Assembly: GCA_016218805.1 (NCBI GenBank)
Contig: JACRCW010000065.1
Span: forward strand, 1 to 64,000
DNA from: Deltaproteobacteria bacterium
Lineage (GTDB): Bacteria; Myxococcota; JACRCW01
Length of the DNA stretch: 64,000 bases
Direction: 5' to 3'
Part shown: positions 6,623 through 17,165 of the stretch, one piece after another
Layout of the letters: the number at the start of each line of letters is the position of its first letter
How positions within the stretch are numbered: the first letter of the stretch is position 1
Made by a program: the position numbers and the translations under genes
Notes under the pieces: generated by a model
What the model was told of the DNA's origin: nothing
What the model saw: only the letters and a program-made list of their open reading frames with translations
The model's database searches: none

Positions 6623-8677
6623 TCACGCGTCCACGGGCTTGCGCGCCACCTTGAACAGGACCGCGCCCATGAACGCAAAGCACAGCACACCCAGGAACTG
6701 GAAGCCGCCGTCCCCCAGTGCGCTGACCAGCGCATGCTCCACGGACACCTTGCCAATGATCTCCGCGACGCCGGGATTCACCGACAGGATGGCGACGACA
6801 ACGCCGGCGATGGCGCCGCCCGCGACGAGTCCCGTGGCGAACAGGTTTCCGGGGCCCAGTTCACTCTCGTCCACCTTTTCACCCTTGCGCTGCGCCATGT
6901 AGTCCGCGAGGCCCTTGATGGCGCCGCCGACGAAGATGGGTGCGGTGGTGGACAGCGGCAGGTACGCGCCCACGGCGAAAGACAGCGCCTTCACGCCGCA
7001 CAGCTCCATGGTGATGGCCAGGAACACGCCGACGAGCACGAACTGCCAGTCAAGGTTGAAGGACAGCAGGCCCTTGATGAGGGTGGCCATGAGCGTGCCC
7101 TGCGGGGCGGGGAGCTTTTCGCTGCCAATCATGTGCAGCACGCCCTGCGCGGCCAGGTCCGGCGGCGGGGTATCCAGCGCATTGAGCGTGAGACCAATGA
7201 CGCCCGCCGCCGCCACCGCGCCGATCATCAGGCCGATCTGCTGCGCGCGCGGCGTGGCGCCGACGAGGTAGCCGGTCTTGAGGTCCTGGCTGGTGGCGCC
7301 GGCATTGGCGGCGGCAATGCACACCATCCCGCCCACGCACAGCGCCATGGGCTGGTAGATGTCCCCGGTCCAACCGATGCCGACGAAGATGAGGCAGGTG
7401 GCCATCAACGTGGCGATGGTCATGCCGGAGATGGGGTTGGACGAACTGCCGATGATGCCGACGATGCGCGAGGCCACGGTGACAAAGAAGAACCCGAACA
7501 CGACGATGAGGATGCCGAGTACGAAGCGCCCGCCGATGCTGCCGGGGAGGAACGGGAGCAGCGCCAGGATGACCACCAGGCCCGCGCTGCCGGCGAGCAC
7601 CACGGTGATGGGGAGGTCGTCTTCGGTGCGCTTGCGGGCGGCGTTGCCCACACCCTCCTTGAGCGACGCCACACTGTCCTTGAACGACGACACGATGGTG
7701 GGCAGCGTCTTGAGCAGGGTCATGAACCCGCCGGCGGCCACCGCGCCCGCGCCGATTTGACGTACGTACGCGAAGTACACCGCGTTGGCGGTGCTGGCGA
7801 ACGAGTGCGTGGCGGGGTCCCAGCCGCCCTTGCCGCCGGCCAGCGCCACGTCTTTGAGGTAGCCCAGCTTGACCAGCTGCAGGGCAATGGCGTCGGGCGG
7901 GACCAGGGAGGCCAGCAGCGGGATGATGCCCAGCCACGCCAGCACGCCGCCGGCAACCAGCACGCCGGCAATGCGCGGCCCGATGATGTACCCGACACCG
8001 AGGTACTCCGGCGTGATCTCACCGTTGAGCGTGGCCGACGGGAAGTAACGGTTGGTCTGCGCGGTCACCAGCGCGGGCGCCTCGGCGATGAACTTCACGA
8101 TCTTCTGCAGGATGGCGTACATGAACGCGAACCCGACGCCCTGGTAGGCCGTGCGTGCCAGGCTGCCGCCCTTCTCACCGGCGATGAGCACGGACGCGCA
8201 CGCGGTGCCTTCGGGGTAGGGCAGGTTGGCGTGCTCCTTGACGATGAGCGAGCGCCGCAGCGGGATCATCATCAGCGTGCCGAGGATGCCGCCCAGCAGG
8301 GCCAGCGTGAAGATGGTCCAGTAGGAGAAGTAACCGGGCCCGCCGCTGCCGGGGGACAGCAGCAGGAACCCGGGCAGCGTGAACACCACGCCCGCGGCAA
8401 TGGACTCGCCCGCGGACCCAATGGTCTGCACGATGTTGTTCTCCAGGATGGTGGACCCGCCCAGCCGCTTGAGCAGCGAGATGGCCAGCACCGCGATGGG
8501 GATGGACGCGGACACGGTGAGGCCGGCCTTCAGCGCCAGGTACACGGTGGCGGCGCCGAAGATGATGCCGAACACCACGCCGATCACGATCGCCTTGGGC
8601 GTGAACTCGGCGACATCGGTGCGTTCCGCGGGGATGTAGGGCTGGAATTCCGGCGTGGCCGGCGTCTGCTCGGACAT
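6623..8677 (-). CDS. OPT family oligopeptide transporter
   Basis: YLALKAGLTVSASIP, ENNIVQT, LPYPEG, SSNPISG, QDLKTG, APQ motifs; ATG with GGAGG RBS. Confidence 0.95.
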   Translation of the reverse strand: MSEQTPATPEFQPYIPAERTDVAEFTPKAIVIGVVFGIIFGAATVYLALKAGLTVSASIPIAVLAISLLKRLGGSTILENNIVQTIGSAGESIAAGVVFTLPGFLLLSPGSGGPGYFSYWTIFTLALLGGILGTLMMIPLRRSLIVKEHANLPYPEGTACASVLIAGEKGGSLARTAYQGVGFAFMYAILQKIVKFIAEAPALVTAQTNRYFPSATLNGEITPEYLGVGYIIGPRIAGVLVAGGVLAWLGIIPLLASLVPPDAIALQLVKLGYLKDVALAGGKGGWDPATHSFASTANAVYFAYVRQIGAGAVAAGGFMTLLKTLPTIVSSFKDSVASLKEGVGNAARKRTEDDLPITVVLAGSAGLVVILALLPFLPGSIGGRFVLGILIVVFGFFFVTVASRIVGIIGSSSNPISGMTIATLMATCLIFVGIGWTGDIYQPMALCVGGMVCIAAANAGATSQDLKTGYLVGATPRAQQIGLMIGAVAAAGVIGLTLNALDTPPPDLAAQGVLHMIGSEKLPAPQGTLMATLIKGLLSFNLDWQFVLVGVFLAITMELCGVKALSFAVGAYLPLSTTAPIFVGGAIKGLADYMAQRKGEKVDESELGPGNLFATGLVAGGAIAGVVVAILSVNPGVAEIIGKVSVEHALVSALGDGGFQFLGVLCFAFMGAVLFKVARKPVDA

Positions 8678-8863
8678 GGTTCCTCCGTCGAGGGCGGCGC
8701 ACCATGGCAGAGGGTTTGGGCCGCTGTCCACGGCGCGGCAAAGGCCGACCTTCCGGTTGGCGGCGGGGGCGTGGCGGCGGCGGCCCCGTCCCGCTAAGGG
8801 GGCACTGGCCCGAGGCGGAAGGGTGGTTATCCTTCCGGGGAAACCCCAGGGCGCAGGAGTCGC

Positions 8864-10210
8864 ATGATCCGGTTCAAGCTCGCTGGCATCCCGGTGGCCA
8901 TGCACTGGACCTTCTTTCTGTTCGCGGCGCTGATCGGCGCGGCGGGCCGGGAGGACGGCGTGCGCATGGCGGCGTGGGTGGTGGTGGTGTTCGTGAGCGT
9001 GCTGCTGCACGAACTCGGGCACGCGTTTGCGTGGCGCGCGTATGGCCACCAGCCGTCCATTGAACTGCAGGGGCTGGGCGGGGCGACGCGTGGTGACCCG
9101 GACCGGCCGCTGCCGCCCGGCAAGCAGGCGTTGGTGGCGCTTGCCGGACCGGTGACGGGGTTGCTGCTGGCGGCGGTGGCCTTTGTGGTGGGGCAGCTGC
9201 TGGTCATCCCGCGTGAGTCCTTGGGCGCGCGCGTGCTGTACGAGTTGTGGTGGGCCAACACGGTGTGGAGCGTTTTCAACCTGCTGCCGGTGATCCCGCT
9301 TGACGGCGGCATCATCGTCGCGTCGCTGGAACGGCGGGTGCGCGGGGGACGCCCGCCGCGGGCGGCGTTCTACCTGTCGGTCGCCGTGGGCGCCGGGCTC
9401 GCGCTGTACTTCGCCACGGTGCAACAGTGGATCGCGGTGCTGCTGCTGGCGTCGTACGCGTACCAGGCGTTCCAGACGTTGCGCGCGCTGTCCCGCGTGG
9501 AGGCGGATGCGCCGCACCCCGCGCTGGCGGCGGCGATGGTTGCGCTCAAGGAGGACCGGTTGGATGACGCGCGCGCGGCGGCGCAGCTGGCGTTGATGGG
9601 CGCCAAGAAGGACGTGGAACTGAACGTGGCGCTGCACATCATTGCGTCGGTGCACACGCGGCAGGGGCGTCCGGATGATGCGTTGAACATCCTGCTGAGC
9701 ATGCCGCGCGGCCTGAAGGCCAGCCCGTTGGCGCTGGGTGAGGCGTGGACGACCAAGGGCGAGCACCTCAAGGCGAGCACGTTCTTCCGCGACGCGTTCC
9801 GCGACGCGCCGGTGCGGGAGACGGCGTACCGCTATGCGCGGTCGCTGCTGGACGCGGGGCTGGACAATGAGATGCGGGAGTTGCTGACGTCACAGGCGTC
9901 GCTGGGATACTCGGACGAAACGTGCGCAGGCTTGCAGGATGCGCTGTATGAGCGGGGCAAGTTTGAGGAGTCCTCGCGCGTGGGGGCGCACCGGCACCAG
10001 AAGTTTGGATCAGCGGCGGCGGCGTACAACGCGGCGTGTGCGCTGGTGAAGCTGGGCCGCAACGACGACGCGATGAAGTGGCTGACGGCGGCGGCGGACA
10101 AGGGATTCCGGGACGTGAAGCACCTGGACGAGGACCCGGACCTGGCGCCGCTGCGGGGTTCCGCGGCGTTCGACGCATTGCGACAGCGCCTGGTCACCGC
10201 GCCCGCGTAG
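8864..10210 (+). CDS. Site-2 protease (M50) with C-terminal TPR region
   Basis: HELGH, AGP, NLLPVIPLDGG; YNAACA...DPDLAPLR TPR end. Confidence 0.92.
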   Translation: MIRFKLAGIPVAMHWTFFLFAALIGAAGREDGVRMAAWVVVVFVSVLLHELGHAFAWRAYGHQPSIELQGLGGATRGDPDRPLPPGKQALVALAGPVTGLLLAAVAFVVGQLLVIPRESLGARVLYELWWANTVWSVFNLLPVIPLDGGIIVASLERRVRGGRPPRAAFYLSVAVGAGLALYFATVQQWIAVLLLASYAYQAFQTLRALSRVEADAPHPALAAAMVALKEDRLDDARAAAQLALMGAKKDVELNVALHIIASVHTRQGRPDDALNILLSMPRGLKASPLALGEAWTTKGEHLKASTFFRDAFRDAPVRETAYRYARSLLDAGLDNEMRELLTSQASLGYSDETCAGLQDALYERGKFEESSRVGAHRHQKFGSAAAAYNAACALVKLGRNDDAMKWLTAAADKGFRDVKHLDEDPDLAPLRGSAAFDALRQRLVTAPA

Positions 10211-10222
10211 TGTGCAACTCCT

Positions 10223-10280
10223 GCCTCCCCCCGCTTGCGGGGGGAGGTCGGGCGATGCGGAGCATCGCCCGGGTGGGGGG
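10223..10280. repeat. REP-like double-hairpin dispersed repeat, copy 2
   Basis: GCCTCCCCCCGCTTGCGGGGGGAGG-TCGGGCGATGCGGAGCATCGCCCGGGTGGGGGG. Confidence 0.85.
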
Positions 10281-10300
10281 CGGGTAGTGGGGCGCGCGGC

Positions 10301-10753
10301 CTACGCCTCCACGTGCGCGCGCAGCATGGACGCGCGGGTCACCGCCCCAATGAACACACCGTTATCCATCACCGGCACCACGGAGATCCTCCGTCGCACC
10401 ATGAGTTCGGCCACGTCTTCGCCGGGCGTGGCGGGTGCCACGGTGGCCACGTCCGCGGTCATGACTCCCACCACGGTGGACGCTGCCATCTTGCGCAGCT
10501 CCGCCTCCGTGCGGGACGGGCGTTCCAGCGGAATCACGGCTTCCATGAACGTGATGAACGCGGGCAAGTGCGGTCGTTTGTCCTGGAAGATGAGGTCCAT
10601 GGCGGTGACTACGCCCAGCAGTTTCCCGTCGTGAACCACGCAGGCGCCGTCCTGGTGTTTCTCCACCAGCAGCCGTCCCAGGGTTGTGAGCGGGAGGTCT
10701 GGCTCCACGGTGAGCCCGTCCTGGTCCATCAGTTGGCGTGCGGTCCTGTCCAT
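10301..10753 (-). CDS. CBS domain pair protein
   Basis: TARQLM..GKLLGVVTAMDL..VMTADV..VPVMDNGVFIGAVTR; start at MDRTARQ. Confidence 0.9.
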   Translation of the reverse strand: MDRTARQLMDQDGLTVEPDLPLTTLGRLLVEKHQDGACVVHDGKLLGVVTAMDLIFQDKRPHLPAFITFMEAVIPLERPSRTEAELRKMAASTVVGVMTADVATVAPATPGEDVAELMVRRRISVVPVMDNGVFIGAVTRASMLRAHVEA

Positions 10754-10823
10754 GTTGGCGCTCCCTACCCGTTCCGCCTGATGCCACCATGCTGCGCCCG
10801 GCGGGTGCGCGGCACAAGTCCGC

Positions 10824-13016
10824 TCACTGCGTGGTGCCGCCGTCAGCGGGGGGCGGTGGTGGTGCGGCGCGGACGGGGAGGACCAGCGGGGCGCCTTCCA
10901 TGGCGGCGTAGACCGCCATGGTGTCCAGCACGCGGCGCACGTAGTCGCGCGTTTCCACCACGGGGATGCGCTCCAGGAACAGGTCCAGCGGGACATCCGG
11001 GTCCTTGAGGAGCCAGGCGCGCGCGTTGCCGGGTCCGGCGTTGTAGCCGGCCAGTCCCACGGGGACGCTGCCGCGGCAGATGCGGATGACGCGGGCCAGG
11101 TAGGAGGCGCCAATGCGCGCGTTGAGGGCGGGGTCCATGAGGGCCAGCTCGTTGTCCAGCATGATGTCCAGCGTCATGGCTTCCGTGACGGCGGTGGCGG
11201 GTAGAAGCTGCAAAAGGCCCACCGCGCCGGAGGGGGAACGCGCGCGCGGGTCAAACGCGCTCTCTTCGCGCGCCAGCGCCAGCAGCAGGGGGCCGGGGAC
11301 GCCGGCGGTGGCCGCGGCGCCGGAGAGCGCGTCGGCGTGGGCGCGCGGGTAGGCGGCGCGCCACAGGGTGGCGTCGTCGGGGCGGGGGGCGCCGGACAGT
11401 TCGCGCGCGCGGCTGCGGCGCAGGTGGCGGGACGCAGCGGGGGCATCACCGGCCTGGACCAGCGCGTGCGCGGCGGTGATCTCGCTGGTGGGATCGGCCA
11501 ACGCCAGGCGGAGGAAGGACGCGGCGTCTTCGTCCAGCCCAACGGCATACAGGGCGAGGCCGGCGTGCAGGGCGGGTGGCGACGTGGGTTCCACGCGCGG
11601 GAGCGGCGGGACGGGCAGGGCGGGGCGGAGTGGCAGGGGCGCGCCGGCGTCCTGGAGCCAGCCGCGTGCGAGAGCCGCTTCAACGCTCATCGGCTCGTCA
11701 CGCACCAGGGAGGTAAGCGCGTCAAAGCGTGCGGGCCCCTCAGCCAGGCGCGCAAGCCAGTACCGGGCGCGCCGGCTCATCATGGCTTCCTTGCTGCCGG
11801 CCAGCGCCTCCAACCTGGCGCGGGCGGCGGTGGTGCGTCCCGCTTCGTAGTCGGTCCACGCAAGCCACCACGCGGCATTCCCGGCCATGTCCCCCGCGGG
11901 GAAGTCCTTGAGCAGGCGCTCCCAGTAGCGGCGCGCGTCGTCGGGATTGCCCGCACGCCAGGCGACCTCCCCCGCAAGCAGCAGCGCATCGTCGGCGAGC
12001 GTGGAGGTGGGGTGGAGTGCGGCCAGGCGCAGCCAGGTTTCCACGGCGCGCGCGGAGGCGCCTGGGATGGCCATGGTGGCGCGGGCCTGCAGGTAGCGCG
12101 CGCGTTCGGCCAGCGCGGGGCACTGGGCGGCAACCGCCTGCAGGACGTGCTCACCGTCCTCAGGCCTCCGCACCTGCCGGAGCGCCTTGCCCACGGAGAA
12201 CGCAGTGCGGCACGCGAGTTCCCGTTCGCGCAGGGCGGGGCAAACGCCGGTGTCGGCCAGGACCTTGCCGGCGCACAGTTCGGAACCGACGCGGACGACT
12301 TCATGGTTCTGGTTGGCGGTGGACAGCGCTTCCAGGTGCGTGACGGCGGCGGCGTCACCGTGTTGCGTGCGCATGCCAGCGAACGTGAGGGTGCGCGTGA
12401 GCCAGGCCAGTCCGGGCTCAAGGGGGAAGCGTTCCCACGCAACGCGGGAGAGCGCGGCGGTGCCGGGCTGGTCATGGACGGCGTCAAGCGCGGCCCACAG
12501 GGCGCCGACGAGCTCTGCGCGCGCGGCCTTGTCGTCGGCGGGCAGCAGCGGCGTGTCCGCCTTGAGGAACGCGCGGGCGATCGCAGCGGCGGCGCGGGGA
12601 TCGCCGCGGGTCAGTCCGCGGACATACCGCGCGGCAACGTCGATGGGGGCGGCCAACAGGTCGGCGTGGGACCGGACGGGGACGCGGCAGCGGGTCGGGC
12701 ACGCTTCCAGGATCCGTGCCTCCACGGCGAGCGCAGCGCGCGCGTCGGGGCGTGCATCGCGCCGGATGGACTCCAGTGCTTTGAGTGCGAGCGCGCCGTC
12801 CCCCGTCCGGTACGCCGCAATGGCGGTGATTCCCGCCGCCGGGTCATGGCCGTCCTTCGGTGGCGCGCGCCCGGCGTCGCGCAGGACGGCAAGCGCCTTC
12901 TGCGGGTCGCCGGCGGCCAGTGCACTGCGCGCCTTCTCGACGGGGTCCACCAGCGCGGGCGCGGCGGCAAGGGCGCACCATGCGAGCGCAGCAGCGAAGT
13001 GGACGAAGTGTGCCAC
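10824..13016 (-). CDS. Soluble lytic transglycosylase (Slt-like) with TPR repeats
   Basis: AREESAFDP, GLLQLLP, AGYNAGPG, ETRDYVRRV; signal peptide. Confidence 0.92.
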   Translation of the reverse strand: MAHFVHFAAALAWCALAAAPALVDPVEKARSALAAGDPQKALAVLRDAGRAPPKDGHDPAAGITAIAAYRTGDGALALKALESIRRDARPDARAALAVEARILEACPTRCRVPVRSHADLLAAPIDVAARYVRGLTRGDPRAAAAIARAFLKADTPLLPADDKAARAELVGALWAALDAVHDQPGTAALSRVAWERFPLEPGLAWLTRTLTFAGMRTQHGDAAAVTHLEALSTANQNHEVVRVGSELCAGKVLADTGVCPALRERELACRTAFSVGKALRQVRRPEDGEHVLQAVAAQCPALAERARYLQARATMAIPGASARAVETWLRLAALHPTSTLADDALLLAGEVAWRAGNPDDARRYWERLLKDFPAGDMAGNAAWWLAWTDYEAGRTTAARARLEALAGSKEAMMSRRARYWLARLAEGPARFDALTSLVRDEPMSVEAALARGWLQDAGAPLPLRPALPVPPLPRVEPTSPPALHAGLALYAVGLDEDAASFLRLALADPTSEITAAHALVQAGDAPAASRHLRRSRARELSGAPRPDDATLWRAAYPRAHADALSGAAATAGVPGPLLLALAREESAFDPRARSPSGAVGLLQLLPATAVTEAMTLDIMLDNELALMDPALNARIGASYLARVIRICRGSVPVGLAGYNAGPGNARAWLLKDPDVPLDLFLERIPVVETRDYVRRVLDTMAVYAAMEGAPLVLPVRAAPPPPPADGGTTQ

Positions 13017-13040
13017 GGTTCCAGCGCCGTCCCTTGCGTC

Positions 13041-13095
13041 GCCTCCCCCCTCTTGGGGGGAGGTCGGCCATGCGGAGCATGGCCGGGTGGGGGGG
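13041..13095. repeat. REP-like double-hairpin dispersed repeat, copy 3
   Basis: GCCTCCCCCCTCTTGGGGGGAGG-TCGGCCATGCGGAGCATGGCCGGGTGGGGGGG. Confidence 0.85.
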
Positions 13096-13125
13096 TGTGC
13101 TGCGCGGTTCCCTCACCGCGCGCTC

Positions 13126-14193
13126 TCAGTACACGTTGTACCTGCGTCGGTTGGCCTCGTGCTCGTCGGCGGTGCGCGCAAAGTGCAGTCCACCGCGCGC
13201 GTCATGCAGGTAGTACCAGTAGGCGCTCTTCTCCGGCCGCAGCGCGGCCACCAGTGACGCCACCGACGGTGCGCCAATGGGCCCGGGAGGCAGGCCGGTG
13301 CGCAGGCGGGTGTTGTACGGGTCCGCGGGATCCCGCAGCGCCACCAGGAAGTTCTCCCGGTCATTCCACTGCCGCAGGTGGTAGCGGCTGGTGGCGTCAA
13401 TCCCCAGCGCCACGCCCGCCTCCAGCCGCCGGTAGATGACGCCGGCAATGGCCGGCCGCCGCGTCGGATCGTGTTCCTCGCGTTCCAGCATGGAGGCCAC
13501 GGTGACCAGCGCGTGCAGGGACCGCCCGCTGCGCGCAATCTCCTCCGCGTACGGCTTGAAGAACCGCCCGGTGAAGGCGTCCAGCTGCCGTGCCACCAGT
13601 TTCTCCACGTCCACCGGCCCCACCGGCACGCGGTACGTCTCCGGCAGCAGGTACCCCTCCAGGTCACCGGGGGGCGCCGGAAACGTGGGCCGGTACTTCA
13701 TCGCCTCGCGCGTGGCCGCGCTGTACGCGCCGGCGGCGGCCAGGCCGCCCTGGGCCAGGAACGCGTCCACGTCACAGATCCGCCAGCCCTCCACCACGGT
13801 GAGCGGCGCGTCCTCTGCCAGCGGCTTGCCGGCCAGCGCCTCCGCTACCGCCATCATGGGCATGGAGCGGCTGAGCGGGTGCTTACCCGCCTTGATGGGC
13901 ACCGGCGGGTGCAGCCACAGCCAGGCGCGCCACACGCGCGCGCTGCGAATGAAACCCGCCTTTTCCAGGCGCCGCCCCACGTCGCGCAGGGTGGCGCCCG
14001 CGGGGACGGTGAATTCCGCCGTTTCCGTGTCACCCGCGTCCGGCGGGCGGTTCACACAGACATAGACCCAGCCACCCAGCCCGCCGCCGGTCAGGACCGC
14101 GCACAGCAGCAGTCCCACCGCGGCGCGGCGGGCCAACCAGCCTCGGGCCGCGTGGCGGGCCGGGTAGGCGGTGGAGCGGGGCGCCGGGGCCAT
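13126..14193 (-). CDS. mltG: Endolytic transglycosylase MltG
   Basis: LEGYLLPETY, ASMLERE, PYNTR..GLPPGPI, YYLHD; N-terminal TM; start estimated. Confidence 0.92.
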   Translation of the reverse strand: MAPAPRSTAYPARHAARGWLARRAAVGLLLCAVLTGGGLGGWVYVCVNRPPDAGDTETAEFTVPAGATLRDVGRRLEKAGFIRSARVWRAWLWLHPPVPIKAGKHPLSRSMPMMAVAEALAGKPLAEDAPLTVVEGWRICDVDAFLAQGGLAAAGAYSAATREAMKYRPTFPAPPGDLEGYLLPETYRVPVGPVDVEKLVARQLDAFTGRFFKPYAEEIARSGRSLHALVTVASMLEREEHDPTRRPAIAGVIYRRLEAGVALGIDATSRYHLRQWNDRENFLVALRDPADPYNTRLRTGLPPGPIGAPSVASLVAALRPEKSAYWYYLHDARGGLHFARTADEHEANRRRYNVY

Positions 14194-14215
14194 GGTGGGC
14201 CGGGCCGCGCGCTCC

Positions 14216-14734
14216 TCAGAGCAGGCCCTTCTGACGCTTGAGCTGGGCCACGGTGCGCTCGTACTCAATGTCCCATTCCACGGTGCCCTCGCGCAGGTTC
14301 TTCAGGCGCCCGCGGGCCTCGCGGTCCAGGTCCTCGTCCACGGAGAGGTACTTGACCATCACCTCTTTGAAGAACTTACGCAGGACGTTGTCCTCCGCAA
14401 AGACCTCGGCAATGTTCTTGGACGTGAACAGCGCTTCAATCATCTGGTTGATGACTTCTTCAATGCCGTCATCCGCCAGCTTCACGCCGCGCGCATCCGC
14501 CAGGGACTTCTTCACCTGCTGGAACCGTTCCTGCGGCAGCCCGCGGCGCGAAATCGCGTCCTTGGCCTCCTGGCTGATGCGGTCCTCCTGGTTGCAGTGC
14601 TCCACCATGACGGCGGCCAGGTCCAACTCGGCCTCGTCCAGCTGGCCGTCGTCCACCATGATGTCGCCCTTGCTGTTGAGCGTGCGGACAATTTCACGGG
14701 CGATCTTGGGAATGACCTTGCGGTACAGGTGCAT
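14216..14734 (-). CDS. DUF507-family protein
   Basis: MHLYRKVIP start; EGTVEWDIEY...LKRQKGL C-terminus typical of the family. Confidence 0.75.
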   Translation of the reverse strand: MHLYRKVIPKIAREIVRTLNSKGDIMVDDGQLDEAELDLAAVMVEHCNQEDRISQEAKDAISRRGLPQERFQQVKKSLADARGVKLADDGIEEVINQMIEALFTSKNIAEVFAEDNVLRKFFKEVMVKYLSVDEDLDREARGRLKNLREGTVEWDIEYERTVAQLKRQKGLL

Positions 14735-14955
14735 ACGGGCCTCGTTCACCGGGCCGCCCCGCTTTCCGTCCGGCCCTCCTGGTCCTTGGTCACCCGGGCG
14801 CCCCCAGGGGCGCCGTGGGCGTCTCTGATGGCTCCGGGTTTCCGACGGGATGGAGGGCGCCGGGCCGCGGGGCAGCACAAAAGTGGCGGCCCCTATCGGA
14901 CCTTTCGGCCGCCGTGTCAAGCACCATATGCGCGTGCTAGCACCCCCCGTCCACC

Positions 14956-16347
14956 ATGAAACTCTCCGTCATCATCCCCGCTTACAACGAGGTGCACACG
15001 CTGCCGCGCGTGGTGGAGCGCGTGCGCGCGGTCACCGGGTTCCCCCTGGAGATCCTGCTGGTGGATGACGGCTCCACGGACGGGACCGCGGAGGTGGCGC
15101 GCGCGCTCGTGGGCCGCGGCGTGGACCGCGTGTTTTTCCACCCGCACAACCGCGGCAAGGGTGCGGCCATCCGCACGGCGCTGCCGCACGTCACCGGGGA
15201 CTACGTTGTCTTCCAGGACGCGGACCTGGAGTACGACCCGCAGGACTTCCACCGCCTGCTTGCACCCGTGCTCACCGGCGCCGCGGACGTGGTGTACGGC
15301 AGCCGCTTCCAGACCGGCCAGGCCCGCCGCGTGATGTATTTCTGGCACTCGGTGGGCAACCACGCGCTCACCACCGTCTCCAACGCCATCACCAACCTCA
15401 ACCTTTCTGACGTGGAGACCTGTTACAAGCTCATCCCCGCCGCCGCGCTGCGCCAGCTCACCCTGGAGGAGGAGCGCTTTGGCATTGAGGTGGAACTGAC
15501 CGCCAAGCTGGCGCGCATGGACCTGCGCTTCTACGAGGTTGGGATTTCCTACGCGGGGCGTACCTACGCGGAGGGCAAGAAGGTGGGCCTGGTGGACGGG
15601 CTGGACGCGCTGCGCTGCCTGGCGCGCTACGGCCGCGGCCGCTACCGGGACTACGGCAAGCAGACGCTGCAGGTGATGGAGACACTGGGCGTCTACGCGC
15701 AGCAGATGCACCGCCGGCTGAGCCCCTGGTACGGGCGCCGCATCCTGGAAATCGGCAGCGGCATTGGCAACAACGTGGCCTTCCTCCAGCAGGGGTCCCC
15801 GGACAGCGTCATCCTGACGGACTACCGCGCGGATTACGTGGACCTGCTGCGGCAGAAGTTCCACGCGTCCCCCGGCGTGGAGTGCCTCCAGTATGACGCC
15901 ACGCTTCCCGTGCCGGAAGCGCTGCTGCGCCACCCGCCGGACACCATTGTCTGCCTCAACGTGCTGGAGCACATCCAGGATGACCGGCTGGCCCTGCAGC
16001 ACATGTTTGAGACGCTGGCGCCGGGCGGCCGGCTGGTGCTGCTGGTCCCCGCGTTCCAGGCGCTCTACTGCGAAATTGACCGCAACCTGGAACACCACCG
16101 CCGCTACGGTGAGCAGCAGCTGCGCGCGCTGATGGCGGGCGTGGGGTTCACCATCCAGGAGTCCTTCCACTTCAACCCGGTGGGCTTTGTGGGCTGGTGG
16201 GTGGCCGGCAAGGTGCTGGGGGCGCGCCAGATCAACAACCGCCACGTGCGCACCCAGGAGCGCCTGATGCCGGTGATGCGCGCGCTGGAACGCCTGGACC
16301 TGCCCTTTGGTCTCTCCGTCGTGTGCATTGGCGAGAAACCCGCGTGA
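14956..16347 (+). CDS. GT2 glycosyltransferase fused to class I SAM methyltransferase
   Basis: IPAYNE, VDDGSTDGT, QDADLEY; C-terminal LEIGSGIG, NVLEHI. Confidence 0.92.
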   Translation: MKLSVIIPAYNEVHTLPRVVERVRAVTGFPLEILLVDDGSTDGTAEVARALVGRGVDRVFFHPHNRGKGAAIRTALPHVTGDYVVFQDADLEYDPQDFHRLLAPVLTGAADVVYGSRFQTGQARRVMYFWHSVGNHALTTVSNAITNLNLSDVETCYKLIPAAALRQLTLEEERFGIEVELTAKLARMDLRFYEVGISYAGRTYAEGKKVGLVDGLDALRCLARYGRGRYRDYGKQTLQVMETLGVYAQQMHRRLSPWYGRRILEIGSGIGNNVAFLQQGSPDSVILTDYRADYVDLLRQKFHASPGVECLQYDATLPVPEALLRHPPDTIVCLNVLEHIQDDRLALQHMFETLAPGGRLVLLVPAFQALYCEIDRNLEHHRRYGEQQLRALMAGVGFTIQESFHFNPVGFVGWWVAGKVLGARQINNRHVRTQERLMPVMRALERLDLPFGLSVVCIGEKPA

Positions 16348-17156
16348 CCGCGTACTTCCGCGCCCACCCTGACGGGACCTTCCACCCGTCCGAGGCCACG
16401 CGCGGGCCCTGGGATGACCGTTTTCAGCACGGCGGCCCGCCCTCGGCGCTGCTGGCGCGGGCGGTGGAGCACGCGTTGTCTGACCGCCCCGGCCTGGCCG
16501 TGGCGCGCCTCACCGTGGAGATGCTGCGCCCCGTGCCGCTGCTGCCGCTGCGCGTGGAGGCGGCGGTGTCCGCGGGCGGCTCGCGCAGCGTGCGGGTGGA
16601 CGCCGTCCTGCGCGCCGCGGCGGACGGGACGGAGCTGTTCCGCGCGCGCGCATTGTGCCTGCGGTCGGTGGCGCTGGCGGTCCCCGCGGTGGAGACCGGT
16701 GTGGTTGCCCCGCCACCGCCCGCGCACAGTGCACCGTTTGAGTTCCCGTTCTTCCGCTGCGCGGAGGGCTACCACCGCTCCGTGGAGATCCGCATGGCGC
16801 GGGGCACGTTCGGCGCGGGCCCGGTGGCGGCGTGGATGCGGCTGCGTGGTCCCGTGGTGGCAGGCGAAGCGCCCACGCCGCTGCAGCGGCTGGTGGCGCT
16901 GGCGGACTCGGGCAACGGTGTGTCGGTGGTGCTGGACCTGGCGCGTTGGACGTTTGTGAACCCGGACCTGACCGTGCACCTGCTCCGGATGCCCGTGGGG
17001 GAATGGATCTGCCTGGAGGCCACCACGCTCCCGGGCCCGGGGGGCATCGGCATTGCGGACACGCGTTTTCACGACGAGCGCGGCGTGCTGGGCCGCGGCG
17101 TGCAGACGCTGTTTATTGACGAGCGGCGCGAGCATCCCAACGCAATGAAGGCGTGA
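16344..17156 (+). CDS. Thioesterase family protein (double hotdog)
   Basis: GPWDDRFQHGGPP, ALADSGNG, FVNPDLTVHL; GTGA overlap with upstream stop. Confidence 0.88.
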   Translation: MTAYFRAHPDGTFHPSEATRGPWDDRFQHGGPPSALLARAVEHALSDRPGLAVARLTVEMLRPVPLLPLRVEAAVSAGGSRSVRVDAVLRAAADGTELFRARALCLRSVALAVPAVETGVVAPPPPAHSAPFEFPFFRCAEGYHRSVEIRMARGTFGAGPVAAWMRLRGPVVAGEAPTPLQRLVALADSGNGVSVVLDLARWTFVNPDLTVHLLRMPVGEWICLEATTLPGPGGIGIADTRFHDERGVLGRGVQTLFIDERREHPNAMKA

Positions 17157-17165
17157 AGGTGCCGT

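Noticed and set aside
6497..9766. 766-aa plus-strand ORF and the 1047-aa extension of the OPT ORF
   Set aside because: Antisense shadows of the OPT and M50 genes, typical of high-GC DNA.
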